Source: an uncultured Elusimicrobia bacterium
GTDB lineage: Bacteria; Elusimicrobiota; Elusimicrobia; Elusimicrobiales; UBA9959
Length of the DNA stretch: 64,000 nucleotides
NCBI GenBank assembly: GCA_903889965.1
Contig: CAISZM010000027.1
Coordinates: forward strand, 220-64,219
Direction: 5' to 3'
In this document: positions 53,201 through 62,451 of the stretch, one piece after another
Layout: each line of letters starts with the position of its first letter
Position numbering within the stretch: position 1 is the stretch's first letter
Notes under the pieces: generated by a model
Databases searched by the model: none
What the model saw: the letters and a program-made list of their open reading frames with translations, nothing else
What the model was told of the DNA's origin: nothing
Program-made: the position numbers and the translations under genes

Positions 53201-55738
53201 AGCACCGCCGCCGGCCTGATGCAGGCGGTGGCCGTGAACAACCTGGACAACGTATACACCCCTATCTACGAGGCAGGAGGGGACGCCACCGCGGTATTCA
53301 ACGACCTTTACGGCTCGGTTTCGGAACTGCGGCAGAAGAGCAACTCCAACAACATAACGGAGCAGTCTTTGTCGATGATATACGACAACATCTGCTCCAC
53401 TTCCACGGTCTACGTTTACCGCAAGTTCACGGTCGCCGTAGACATCTCCCAGCACGCCGAACTCCGCTTTCTGGTGCGCGGCCCCAACAACGATGCGGCG
53501 GTCACCGACCCCGACGCCCCTGGCTCCAGCTTCTACATAAAGGCCGGTGACGCTAACAATTATTTCAAGGCTTCCATCCCGCTTAACTTTACCGGGTGGA
53601 AACTGGTAAAGATCAGCCAGCAGGACCTGACCGGTGACAAGGTGCCGGACGTCTGGGCCCCGCTCACCCCGGGAGTGGAGATCTCCTCCCGCGGCACCCC
53701 AAGCCTGCAGCAGGTGCCCCAGTTCATAGTCGGGGTGGAGTCCAACGACGGCAACTGCCACTCCGGCACCGCGTATTTCAACGAGCTGCACCTGTCCGGG
53801 CCTATTTCGCGCACGGGCAACGCGCGCAAGGTGGAGGGCTCTTTCGAGATCCCCGGCTGGCTCAATTTCGGCGGCAAGCACAGGTTCATTGACCGCAGCT
53901 TCCAGACGCCGGTGACCGCCATAACCAACCAGGACAACGAGCAGCAGACCGGCTATCTCAACATAACCCGCCTGCCCTTCTTCCCGGTCAACGTCACGGC
54001 GTCGCACCAGATAACCGTAACCCCCAACGCCCTGGTTACAGGGGCAAACAACCTGGTCAACTCGCTGCAGCAGGGACGCGTCAAAAAATTCGACGGAACG
54101 GCCGCCGGTTCGCTCAGCCTCAGCTACCTGCCGAAACTCGGGCTTAACTACACCAAGGGGATAACCGACTACGACCTGCTCAGCCGCAGGGACGACAATG
54201 ACCTTTACGCCGCCAGCCTCTCTTACACGGTTCCGGGCACGCTGGCGATAACCCCGCGCACGATAAACCTCGATTACTCCCTGGGCCGCAGCAAGGTAGG
54301 TTACGACTCCAGCCGCCTGATACTCCTGGGAGGGCTTTTCAATACGGACGACCGCACCGACATATACAGCGGGAAGTTCTCCTTCGTCCCCTGGAACGGT
54401 TCTTCGTTCAACCCCAGCTACAGCCTGCAGACGGCCCGCGAGGAGCGTTCCCCCCTCTCGGACCCGCTGGCGGTCGAGCGCTATCCAAAATCCATGCAGC
54501 AGACCGCGGACTTCAACTCCAATTTCCTTCTCACGCGCTGGCTGAACCCGTCGGTTAATTACTCCGTGAGCACCATAGAGAACAATAATCTCAACATCAC
54601 CACGGTAACCATCGCCCAATCCTCCCAGACATTCACCGCGGGGCAGATAAAGAGCGTTAACCGCAGCGCCCAGGGCGGGGTAAGCCTTACCCTGAGCATG
54701 AACAGCTTTCTGCCCGCGAACCGCCTCCTGCGCTCCATGGTGTTCTCTTCCAACTACCAGATACAGGACGGCGACTCCTGGGAGAATGTGGAAAAAGGCT
54801 TCGACACCAAAGCGCGCCTCTGGCTGAGGGACTCGTTCAAGCCCTCCAGCCCCTTCGCCCAGAGGACCTCCATAACGCTGCGCGACACGGTCAGCTCCTC
54901 GCAGCGGTGGCAGCCTTTCGAAGGCTACGGCTTCAAGGGACCGGCGTCGTCGCTGAACACGCTGTCCCTGACCAATAATTTCACGAACTCGGTACAGCGT
55001 TCCGAGGTGACCGGCACCGTCTCGCGGAGCGTAAACCGGACCTTCCCCGATATGATATTTTCAATATCGCAGCTGGAGGCGCTGACGCGCACAAGGCGCT
55101 GGGCACAGAACGCCACGCTTAACCTGAAGTATTCGCGCAACACCAACGAAGCGCAGCGTGTTTCGCTGGATGAATCAAGCGCCTACGGCATGGACCTGCG
55201 CTTCAAGCTGCTGAACTGCGTGGACGCGGCCACCAGCTACAATACGCGCCTGGCCGAAAAGCGGGACCTGCGCGTAAACCAGCTGACGCAGAGCTCGCGC
55301 CACGACGACGCCACCCTGCAGGGAACCTTCGACTACAAGAAGTTCCGCTTCACGCCCAAAACCGACTTCGTTTCCGACAAAGCGGAAGGCACGCTGGGAG
55401 TGGTGACGCAAAACACGCGTACGATAACGCCAAGCCTCCTGATAAAGTCGGACTTCCAGCTGCCCAAGGGACTCAAGCTGCCGTTCACGAACAGGACGAT
55501 CATATTCACCAACCGCATCGTGTGGACCACCACGCTGAGCTACGCCATCAAGACCTCCCCCATCACCATTGCCGACAACAACAGGCTTTTCTCGCTCAAC
55601 TCGAACGCCGACTACGAGGCATCCAAGAACCTGCGGCTGTCCTTCAACCTAGGGCTGCAGCGGCTATGGAACAAATACCTCAAGCAGGAAGAGTATGTTT
55701 CCTACCAGGCCGGCAGCACCCTGACTTTCCAGTTCTAG
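50279..55738 (+). CDS. Giant (1819 aa) outer-membrane beta-barrel protein, SprA/Sov-like (type IX secretion translocon family) by recalled motif resemblance
   Basis: It has a signal-peptide-like segment KATTTILPLLALAIFAAPSRA|ADF; an alternative GTG start at 50345 would put it at the N-terminus. An acidic linker follows. The C-terminal beta-signal is ...YQAGSTLTFQF. The blocks GKVGQKISVNVDYDD, VVYQGDPNEVVQNVSFGDIDLSLP, NKQLFGIRTDLK, LGQISEDADG and VIKFARISAVGNTW resemble conserved SprA blocks as I remember them. That this is a real CDS is near certain; the family call is tentative. Confidence 0.6.
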   Translation: MERFSLSARAVSVRPERGFQRTVKATTTILPLLALAIFAAPSRAADFAVPKPDGGRFLLLDRQEGGNILEEPEISTEADSGDLEKISGELPFSYSEDSWNSAREAVETGRFGSDELAAPAPAEASAEEPLEPEPQVEFTESGTSLSVTGRKIITVNYSGKKYLSSQTTLTRARSLSLFEITQQMQVRMQGKVGQKISVNVDYDDTKQDKQDISVVYQGDPNEVVQNVSFGDIDLSLPATEFVSYNKQLFGIRTDLKTKSLKFTFVGSRTKGQSKTKQFTGNTQFQAVDLLDTSYLRRKYYDVTFGCNTVSCMRLPIKSGTERIYIDQQTQAQVDGISVLALTGKDMAVQSTGYTGRFQLMSPGIDYVMDYSKGLVTFNRNLNPQDVVMIDFQNADGTRLSQNGSPLSTTADALPGEILPAIIKPPSDIALSSVTAIADLQVSHKRELKTYYAIGQTNIVRDNGNGNFTLKVQDLNRNSVSVAGYNPSEGNPAIKYPDTVEVDFEQGIIHLKNPFMSDSSPGTMDEQVYSAAPVSKRIIRVEYSYRFKTFLLEPSIVLQSESVRVDGKKLGRNEDYFIDYDSGFITFYYPDRIGQDSKIDITYEVSQFGGMGNQSLVGGRISYDFGTHFSLGSTVLYQGGVKTNSVPNVTDLTNSMLVYEGDAQLKGLNLLGLHSTLGAEAAQSRLNPNLNSFALIDNMEGVKQEDSPSMDKNYWFIAANPGVPADPLALDWYNENMKSIDINPAATSDGTQQVLSINYDFRVSSEVSIVYPLSLTGLDFSQKNMLELVVHGENSPSDAGPQINIHLGQISEDADGAGGQNFVCASGLALTGSPKSEDLNCDSQVSSSEDIGWLYAPAASAHTKRYGAANGRLDSEDLNKNGRLDYGDFTGGDFGYVNGTEFKDTDPSEAPKNYVDFNGWHTLYMPLVITSTDTFKWNAVKQVRLSLRQRPGGADHGVIKFARISAVGNTWTVMTSTAAGLMQAVAVNNLDNVYTPIYEAGGDATAVFNDLYGSVSELRQKSNSNNITEQSLSMIYDNICSTSTVYVYRKFTVAVDISQHAELRFLVRGPNNDAAVTDPDAPGSSFYIKAGDANNYFKASIPLNFTGWKLVKISQQDLTGDKVPDVWAPLTPGVEISSRGTPSLQQVPQFIVGVESNDGNCHSGTAYFNELHLSGPISRTGNARKVEGSFEIPGWLNFGGKHRFIDRSFQTPVTAITNQDNEQQTGYLNITRLPFFPVNVTASHQITVTPNALVTGANNLVNSLQQGRVKKFDGTAAGSLSLSYLPKLGLNYTKGITDYDLLSRRDDNDLYAASLSYTVPGTLAITPRTINLDYSLGRSKVGYDSSRLILLGGLFNTDDRTDIYSGKFSFVPWNGSSFNPSYSLQTAREERSPLSDPLAVERYPKSMQQTADFNSNFLLTRWLNPSVNYSVSTIENNNLNITTVTIAQSSQTFTAGQIKSVNRSAQGGVSLTLSMNSFLPANRLLRSMVFSSNYQIQDGDSWENVEKGFDTKARLWLRDSFKPSSPFAQRTSITLRDTVSSSQRWQPFEGYGFKGPASSLNTLSLTNNFTNSVQRSEVTGTVSRSVNRTFPDMIFSISQLEALTRTRRWAQNATLNLKYSRNTNEAQRVSLDESSAYGMDLRFKLLNCVDAATSYNTRLAEKRDLRVNQLTQSSRHDDATLQGTFDYKKFRFTPKTDFVSDKAEGTLGVVTQNTRTITPSLLIKSDFQLPKGLKLPFTNRTIIFTNRIVWTTTLSYAIKTSPITIADNNRLFSLNSNADYEASKNLRLSFNLGLQRLWNKYLKQEEYVSYQAGSTLTFQF

Positions 55739-55747
55739 GCAAAGGTT

Positions 55748-56476
55748 ATGGCGATAAATTTCCGAAAGGGCGGAAGATACCTTCTGAACGTCCTGCTCCC
55801 GAGGACCTGCGCCCACTGCGCGGCGGACCTGCACTATCTCGAGGAACGGCCGCTCTGCCCGGGCTGCGCCGGGGCCCTGGAGCCGCTGCCGGCGCTTCAC
55901 TGCTCTACCTGCGGACTGCCTCTTTCATCCGGGGGACAGTCCTGCTACGACTGCAGGGGAGCCGCTCCCCGCAGCCTTTCGCTCGCAAGGTCGGCGTTCG
56001 TGTTCAACCCGCAGCTCCGTTCGCTTGTACACGCCTTCAAATACCTGGGAAGGGAAGACCTCGGCGGCTTCCTGGCCGGCCGGATGGCCGAGGCGCTTCC
56101 CCGCTTCCCGGAACTCGCGCCCTACAATTTTACGGCCGCCGTGCCGCTTCACCCCGCGAAGCTGCGCGAAAGGGGTTTTAACCAGGCCGAAGTTCTCGCC
56201 AAGCGGACCGCCGCACTGGCCAACCTGTTCCACCTGGAAGGAGCGGCCCGGCGCCTGAAAAACACGAAAAGCCAGACTTCCCTGTCAAAAACGGACAGGC
56301 GCAGGAATATGACCGGGGTCTTCGCGGTCGAAAGGCCGGAGCTGGTGCGGGGGAGGCGGATACTCCTGGTGGACGACGTTGCCACTACCCTGGCTACGCT
56401 GGAATCACTGGCGGCGGAATTTAAAAAAGCCGGCGCCGTCTCTGTGGCGGCGTACACGCTGGCCCGGGAACCATAG
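55748..56476 (+). CDS. comF: ComF family protein (double zinc-ribbon plus phosphoribosyltransferase domain)
   Basis: It has N-terminal Cys pairs (CAHCAADL..CPGC and CSTCGLP..CYDC), a PRTase fold and the PRPP-loop ILLVDDVATTLATL. It starts 9 nt after the giant ORF. Confidence 0.8.
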   Translation: MAINFRKGGRYLLNVLLPRTCAHCAADLHYLEERPLCPGCAGALEPLPALHCSTCGLPLSSGGQSCYDCRGAAPRSLSLARSAFVFNPQLRSLVHAFKYLGREDLGGFLAGRMAEALPRFPELAPYNFTAAVPLHPAKLRERGFNQAEVLAKRTAALANLFHLEGAARRLKNTKSQTSLSKTDRRRNMTGVFAVERPELVRGRRILLVDDVATTLATLESLAAEFKKAGAVSVAAYTLAREP

Positions 56477-56562
56477 CGGTTCGGAATTCGCGGGAACGCG
56501 GCTTGCTTTCCGCGCACTTTCCGGCAGGGAACTTCAGGAAGGTAAGCAGCAGGCCGCCTGCG

Positions 56563-58716
56563 CTACTTTAACTGCTCCCAAAAATACACATATTCACGCG
56601 CGTCGTGCTTTGCCTTTTCCTCCGGATCCTCGCTGCCCGTATGTCCTCCGGACGGCGTTTCAAGAAAATAGACGGGATTGCCCGTTTCCAGCAAATGCAG
56701 CGCCATTTTCCTCGAATGTACCGGGAAAACATGAGTATCGTCCGTGCGCGCTTCAAGGAACGCCCTGGGATATACGGCTCCGGGGCGCAGATTATGGTAG
56801 GGCGAATAAGAGGCCAGGACAGCGCGCATTTTCCCGTCTTTAGGGTCGCCATATTCGTCCAGCTGCCCCTGGCCGCCGTAGAACTCCGGATAGCGGAGCA
56901 TATCGTGGAGCCCCGACTCGCTGTGCATCGCGCCGAAAAGCTCCGGCCGCTTCGCGTACACGGCGGAAACCAGCAGCCCGCCGTTGCTTATCCCTTTTAT
57001 GCCCAGGTGCCGCGGCGAAGTTATACCGCGGCTTATCAAAGCCTCGGCCACTGAGATAAGATCCTCAAAGGAGCGGGGCCGGTTTTCCCTGACCGCGGCC
57101 GTGTGCCATTCAGGGCCGAATTCCCCCCCGCCCCTGATGTTGGCCTGCACGTATATCCCTCCCCGCTCAAGCCAGAGTTTACCGGCGATATCCTGGTAAA
57201 GCTGCGTTTCTTTGGCCCCGAAACCGCCGTAAGCGTAAAGGATCACGGGATTAGAACCGTCCAGTTTTGCGTCTTTAGCTTTCACCACGAAATAGGGTAT
57301 CGCGGCCAGGCCGTCTTTCGACGGCGCGTTCGCGCGCAGGACTTCATATTTCGAGCCGTCGAACGACGCCGGTCCCGATTTGATCTTTATCGCGGATATT
57401 TTCCTGCCAAGCCTCACAAGATAAAGCGAGGGCGGTTTGATAAAATTCTGATAACTTACAAGGACCTCATCGTTAAAACAGTTTTCGCCGAACAGGGGGG
57501 CTCCGCCGGGCCCGGCGCTGCCGTAGATCTCGAGCGAACCGTCGACAGGGACGGGCAGGGTTTCAGGTTTCGCCGGAAGAGAGCGGTATATCAATATTTT
57601 TTCACGGATATCGTCCAGGATCTTGACCAGCAGGCCCTGTCTCGTGACCGAAACGGCAGAAACGGAATCCCGCCCGGACGGCGACCACACTTTAACAGCT
57701 TTACCGGGGGCATCCGCATTCAGCGCTACCAGCGCGCCGGCCGTCATACCCCGCCACGGCTCCGTTAACAGGAATATCAGGTTGCCGCGGAACCAGCCCT
57801 CGAATTGGGCTGTGGAGGGAACATTTATCTTTTTGGCTTTGGCGGTTTTAACGGCCACCGAACTGTAAGCGGTGGCGTCGAGGCTTGGATGCTCGCGGAC
57901 GACCAGGGAACCTCCGCCCGATCCCCCGCCGAACGCGTCAAATTCCATGAACAATATCCCGGCGCCGCCCGCGAACAGCGTTTTGGCTTTTTCGGAAGGC
58001 TCGCCCCTCCGGAGGAGCTTGATGAAACGCGGAAAAGCGGGAACCCCGTCCGTGAAGGACCCGGGACCGAAATCGGCCAGCGCGGCTACGGAATCCGGAC
58101 CCGTCCAGGCGGCTATGTTCAGGTCGCCTTTGAGGTTCTTGAGGTCGAACCCGTCCACGAAGCGTTTTTTCACCGTGTCAAATTCGCGTATATCGGTACG
58201 CCCCGCGCTTACCAGCGCGCCCTTGTCGTCGAGCCTGGAAAGCGAAAGAGATACGAGGCACCGGGTTCCGTCGGAAAGGCAGACGGGCATTCCGTTCGGG
58301 GTCCAGAATTCGTTTTTTTCCGGGCTCGAAAGTTCGGAAAGGGCGATCAGTCCCTCCCAGGCCATATTCCCGTTTTTAAAATCCTTAAGCGAAAGCTTCC
58401 CCCAGAACGGTCTGCCTTGCGCGTCGCTGTATACTCCGTATATGTACCCGTTCTTAAGGGACTGCTCGCGCAGCTGGCCGGGGTCCGTATAAACGGCCAG
58501 CGCCTCCTCCTTTAATTTCGCATAGAGGGGGTCGGCCTCGAAATGGGCGAGCGTGATATTGTTCTGCTCTTCTATCCATTTCGAAAGCGCCGGGTCGCCG
58601 GAGCGTATCTCAAACCTGGTGTCGGTGGAAGCTGTTATCGGTGATGGATCATCCTGCGCACTGCAGTGCGCGGATAAAAGGACAAGAACGGCGGCGGCCA
58701 GCAGACATTTTGTCAT
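56563..58716 (-). CDS. Prolyl oligopeptidase family serine peptidase (S9A), exported
   Basis: The 717-aa ORF has a signal peptide (MTKCLLAAAVLVLLSAHCSA) and an N-terminal propeller-sized region. The C-terminal alpha/beta hydrolase domain has the nucleophile motif GISNGGLL and the His region GGHTGS. Confidence 0.85.
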   Translation of the reverse strand: MTKCLLAAAVLVLLSAHCSAQDDPSPITASTDTRFEIRSGDPALSKWIEEQNNITLAHFEADPLYAKLKEEALAVYTDPGQLREQSLKNGYIYGVYSDAQGRPFWGKLSLKDFKNGNMAWEGLIALSELSSPEKNEFWTPNGMPVCLSDGTRCLVSLSLSRLDDKGALVSAGRTDIREFDTVKKRFVDGFDLKNLKGDLNIAAWTGPDSVAALADFGPGSFTDGVPAFPRFIKLLRRGEPSEKAKTLFAGGAGILFMEFDAFGGGSGGGSLVVREHPSLDATAYSSVAVKTAKAKKINVPSTAQFEGWFRGNLIFLLTEPWRGMTAGALVALNADAPGKAVKVWSPSGRDSVSAVSVTRQGLLVKILDDIREKILIYRSLPAKPETLPVPVDGSLEIYGSAGPGGAPLFGENCFNDEVLVSYQNFIKPPSLYLVRLGRKISAIKIKSGPASFDGSKYEVLRANAPSKDGLAAIPYFVVKAKDAKLDGSNPVILYAYGGFGAKETQLYQDIAGKLWLERGGIYVQANIRGGGEFGPEWHTAAVRENRPRSFEDLISVAEALISRGITSPRHLGIKGISNGGLLVSAVYAKRPELFGAMHSESGLHDMLRYPEFYGGQGQLDEYGDPKDGKMRAVLASYSPYHNLRPGAVYPRAFLEARTDDTHVFPVHSRKMALHLLETGNPVYFLETPSGGHTGSEDPEEKAKHDAREYVYFWEQLK

Positions 58717-58809
58717 CAGGTTTTCCTTTCGCTGAAAACAGCAGGGGTCTGGGATTTACGGGTTCCGGGGGAAACGGCGGGCCGAGCACAGTTCCGCCGG
58801 CGCGGCGGG

Positions 58810-60306
58810 CTAGAATTCAACGTCGAAGATGTAGGCGCAATACGGGGGGATCTGGCGCAGCTTCAGGCCGCCGGCCAGTTCCTCGGCCTTGAATGAGAAG
58901 AACCGGTCGGAAAGCTCTTCGAAAATGGCCGTGCTTTCGCCCTCGCTCTTAATGGACACGTTGACCACGCCGCAGGAAGTCTCGGTCGAATAATTTACCA
59001 CGATCACCTTCAGGGTGCGCCGCTGGGCCCAGGACCAGGCCAGGATATTGGCGTTGGAGTGGTTATCAGGGTCGCACTGCCGGACGTCCAGCAGGCTCCA
59101 TTCCCCGCCGTGGAAAGCCGGATGATCCGTTATCTTCAGGAGCTTGGCGTAAAATTTGCTGACCTCGAGGTCCGGAACGCGCTCGTAAAGCTCTTTGAGC
59201 TGGAGCGGCGGCCGGACCTTTATACCGGCTATCTGGTTATCGCTGTAAAAACGAAGCCCCTTTATGGTGGAGATGACCACCCCGGCCGCCAGCGCCTTCT
59301 GCCGCCCGAAAGTGACCAGAGAGGACTGCTCGTCGTGGTTGTCGATGAAGCGCGCGGAGCGCTTCTGGTAAAGCTTTTCTGCGCGCAGGTGCCCGCGCAC
59401 CTCCTGAGGGCCCTGGTAACGCAGGCGGTCGTACGTTCCCTTGTCGTAGGTGTAGTCAAAACCTATCTGCTGCACCCGCCACTCCAGGCCCCAGTAAACT
59501 TCCGCGAGCAATACGAATTTGGGGTGCTTTTCCTTCACGGCGCGTATGGCGTCCTCCCAGAACTCGCCCTGCGGACGCGCATAGCCAGCGGGCTTGAGCA
59601 GCCAGCCCCAGGTGGTCTCGTGTATCTCGTTAAGGGTGAGCATGACCATGTCGCAGCGCACGCCGTCGGCCATGTCGGCTATGCGCATCAGGACGGAGAG
59701 CATCCGTTCCCTGGTTGCGGGATTGAAATAGTTGAGCTGCGCGCTGTCGGTCCAGGCCGGGAAATTGGGGTCCCTGCCGTAGGCTATGTAGCGCTTCTTG
59801 TCCCCGTCGGCGACCTCGAAGAACCAGTCGGGATGCGCCTTAAAATCTGCCTCCGTGCCGTTTATGAAACAGTCCGGATTTTCTTTTATGTAGGGGTTGT
59901 CGCGGGAGGTATGGTTGGACACCAGGTCCACCATCAGTTTCATTCCCATGGAATTCAGCTTTTCCCTTAAGGCCTTGAGCTCCCATTCAAAACCGAGCTC
60001 GGGGTTAAGCCGGTACCAGTGAACCGAGTAAGGGGAGGGGCCCACGGCCTCGGGGCCGAAACCCGGGGGCAGCGACCGCAGTTCTTCGAGCAGGGGCTTG
60101 TCCTGCTTCGCTATACGCTCCGATTCCGGGCTTGGCTCCCAGACGCCGACCAGCCAGACTATATCGAAACCCAGGTGGCGCAGTTCAAGCCATTCGTCGT
60201 CCGGAACGGAAGAAAGCGTCATCTCCGGAAGGGAATATTTGACCCGCAGCTGCTTCAGCCACAGCCGGGTATTGATCTCTATCAAATGAGGGTTTGAGCG
60301 AAGCAC
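58810..60306 (-). CDS. GH13 alpha-amylase family enzyme (cytoplasmic)
   Basis: All four conserved GH13 regions are present: VDLVSNHTS (I), GVRCDMVM (II), LLAEVYW (III) and FIDNHDE (IV). No signal peptide is present. Confidence 0.8.
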   Translation of the reverse strand: MLRSNPHLIEINTRLWLKQLRVKYSLPEMTLSSVPDDEWLELRHLGFDIVWLVGVWEPSPESERIAKQDKPLLEELRSLPPGFGPEAVGPSPYSVHWYRLNPELGFEWELKALREKLNSMGMKLMVDLVSNHTSRDNPYIKENPDCFINGTEADFKAHPDWFFEVADGDKKRYIAYGRDPNFPAWTDSAQLNYFNPATRERMLSVLMRIADMADGVRCDMVMLTLNEIHETTWGWLLKPAGYARPQGEFWEDAIRAVKEKHPKFVLLAEVYWGLEWRVQQIGFDYTYDKGTYDRLRYQGPQEVRGHLRAEKLYQKRSARFIDNHDEQSSLVTFGRQKALAAGVVISTIKGLRFYSDNQIAGIKVRPPLQLKELYERVPDLEVSKFYAKLLKITDHPAFHGGEWSLLDVRQCDPDNHSNANILAWSWAQRRTLKVIVVNYSTETSCGVVNVSIKSEGESTAIFEELSDRFFSFKAEELAGGLKLRQIPPYCAYIFDVEF

Positions 60307-60377
60307 GATTCACCTTTAAAAACGCCCTATTTACGGTATCCGAGAAAGCTGCCCCGGCTAATTATAGCAAATGCCGG

Positions 60378-62366
60378 TCATTTAAGGTCCAGGAGCCTGT
60401 ACTCCCCGGGCTCAAGGCTGCCGCTGAAACCGGCCTGCGGAACGTCGGCGCGCGTGCCGCCGGAGGTTATATTAGCGATAACGGCCTTGCGCAGGGCGGG
60501 GTTCGCCTTGGACCTCATTATATAGCCCGCCCAGGCCTGTCCGGGGGCCGGCCATATCGGTTCGATATCGTAATCGCCCAATTCGGCGCGCACCCGCGCG
60601 GACAGAGCGAATATTTCCCTGTACGTATCCTTTACCGCCGGCGAGCCGCCGTTCCAGTTTATAGAACAGGGAACGCTGAAGGGCAGCGGCTTCTGCTCAG
60701 TGGGCACGGCCGCGTCATATCCTATTTCTGCCCCCGAATAAACCATGACCGAGCCCGGATAGAGCAGCGTGAGCGCCAGGGCGGCCGGCAGACGCCTGCC
60801 GTATACCTTCTCCGGTGCCGCCTCGTCATGATTGCCGTCGAACAGCACAGCCCCGGCCCCGCCGGATTGCCACGCGAGGAAAGCGGCGCGGTTCACGGAA
60901 CTCTGTATATCGCTGGCGTTGCCGGACTCCGTGGCGTTATACCAGCCGGTCTGTCCTTCCGGCCGGGCCGTCTCGTATTTGCTGTAGATGGTGTCAAAGC
61001 CGCAGGCGCTGAGGTCCTCCTGGTAGGCGTAAGCCTCGGCCATGAAAGCCGCGGACGGCTTGGCCGCCTTAACCGCCCAGATCAGCTGGCGGTAGAACTC
61101 GCCCGGCGGCATGGTCTTCTGCCAGGTGCGGGCAAAAACATTATTCAGGGCGAGGTAGGCCATGTCCACCCGGAAACCGTCGACGTCGAACTTGGTCACC
61201 CAGCCCTTCACTATTTCCGTCATCCTGTCCCGCAGGGCGGTGTTGGAGTAGTTTATCTGGGCCGTATCGATCCAGCTTGACACCCCGCCGCCGTATTCGA
61301 AGCCGCCGTGATGCACGCAGTACTTTTGACCTTTCCAGAAGCTTTCGAAATACCCGTCCTTCGGGCAGGCCCCGTCGTAACGGAAGCTGACGAAATAATC
61401 CGGATTCTCGGCCAGCAGCTTGGAATCGATAGAGGTGTGGTTGACCACGAAATCGACTATCACCCTGAGCCCGGCCTGGTGCGCCTTCCTTACAAAACCC
61501 TTAAAATCTTCCTCGGAACCGAGGTCCGGATTGACGGTGGAATGGTCGCTTATGGAATACGGGGACCCGCCGCCTGTTCCTGTCTGCCCCCGCTCTCCTA
61601 TAGGCAATATGCCCATCGGCCAGACCGCGTCAAAACCCATGCGCTTGATAACATCAAAATCCGAAACCTGGAAATCCCGGAAGAAAAGGGTCCTGGCTGG
61701 ATCCGCCGGGGACTTGAATCCCTGCGATCCGCGGCGGCCGGCCAGGTTGTAGGCGCGGGGAAAAAGCTCATATATGCGGGCTTTCTTCGCCCACCCGGCC
61801 ATGTCGAATTTCTGCATGTTGACCTGCAGCCCGGAAACGTAGTTTTCCAGCATCGCGTTAAGGCGCTCGTTCTTCTCCGCGTCCGGCAGCTGGGAGTCGC
61901 GCAAATTTTTAAGCGCGCCGCGAAGCTCGCCGGTCCAGGATACCGGCTTCAGGAGGTCGTCGAGATATGTAAAATAGTCGTTAAGCTGTCCGTAGTAAGG
62001 CTGCGCCCCGTACCGTCCCTCAAGTTCCTCCTTGGTCCAGAGAAAACCCTCGAGCCCCACGCTCTGGGCCTGGGCTGTCCAGCCCCCCGAGGCGTTCCGG
62101 AAGACGAACTGGCGGGTCTGGGGATTGGGGCCGTTCCAGGCGCCGGCGGAAAGCACCTGCTTCATCTGCAGGAGGAAATCGGTACCCGCGTCACGGCTGG
62201 TTTCCCGGTCCGGAGACGCGTAGGGAGGGAGCGGAAGGCTGCCGTCAAAGAGCTCACCCGCGCGCTCGCGGGCGGATTCAAGCTCTGAAGCGCTAACGGC
62301 GCACGTCGGCGTCAGCAGCAGCAAAGCCAGCAATAAGCGGTAAAAAAGCATCGTTAAGTTATACAC
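60378..62366 (-). CDS. GH13 alpha-amylase family enzyme (exported)
   Basis: It has a signal peptide (..LLLALLLLTPTCAVSA) and the GH13 regions VIVDFVVNHTS (I), GFRVDMAYL (II), FMAEAY (III) and LFDGNHDE (IV). Confidence 0.8.
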   Translation of the reverse strand: MYNLTMLFYRLLLALLLLTPTCAVSASELESARERAGELFDGSLPLPPYASPDRETSRDAGTDFLLQMKQVLSAGAWNGPNPQTRQFVFRNASGGWTAQAQSVGLEGFLWTKEELEGRYGAQPYYGQLNDYFTYLDDLLKPVSWTGELRGALKNLRDSQLPDAEKNERLNAMLENYVSGLQVNMQKFDMAGWAKKARIYELFPRAYNLAGRRGSQGFKSPADPARTLFFRDFQVSDFDVIKRMGFDAVWPMGILPIGERGQTGTGGGSPYSISDHSTVNPDLGSEEDFKGFVRKAHQAGLRVIVDFVVNHTSIDSKLLAENPDYFVSFRYDGACPKDGYFESFWKGQKYCVHHGGFEYGGGVSSWIDTAQINYSNTALRDRMTEIVKGWVTKFDVDGFRVDMAYLALNNVFARTWQKTMPPGEFYRQLIWAVKAAKPSAAFMAEAYAYQEDLSACGFDTIYSKYETARPEGQTGWYNATESGNASDIQSSVNRAAFLAWQSGGAGAVLFDGNHDEAAPEKVYGRRLPAALALTLLYPGSVMVYSGAEIGYDAAVPTEQKPLPFSVPCSINWNGGSPAVKDTYREIFALSARVRAELGDYDIEPIWPAPGQAWAGYIMRSKANPALRKAVIANITSGGTRADVPQAGFSGSLEPGEYRLLDLK

Positions 62367-62451
62367 CGCGCGCGGAGCGCGCTCAAGTGCGGAAGGTCCC
62401 TTGGAAAACTTCCCAAAAGACCTATACCTGGCCGAACCGGCTGAGGCCGGA

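Noticed and set aside
52811-54619. A 602-aa ORF on the - strand inside the giant ORF (also 51287..52297, 336 aa).
   Set aside because: It is antisense to the 1819-aa ORF, which has a signal peptide, a beta-signal and conserved blocks. The antisense translations are Gly/Arg/Val-rich with no features.
50279-55738. The giant ORF could be an oversized LptD, given its divergent position next to lptFG.
   Set aside because: I recognised no LptD/OstA-like N-terminal jellyroll sequence. The protein is more than twice LptD size, and the recalled motif blocks fit SprA better. I keep this only as a low-probability alternative to be excluded by an HMM search.
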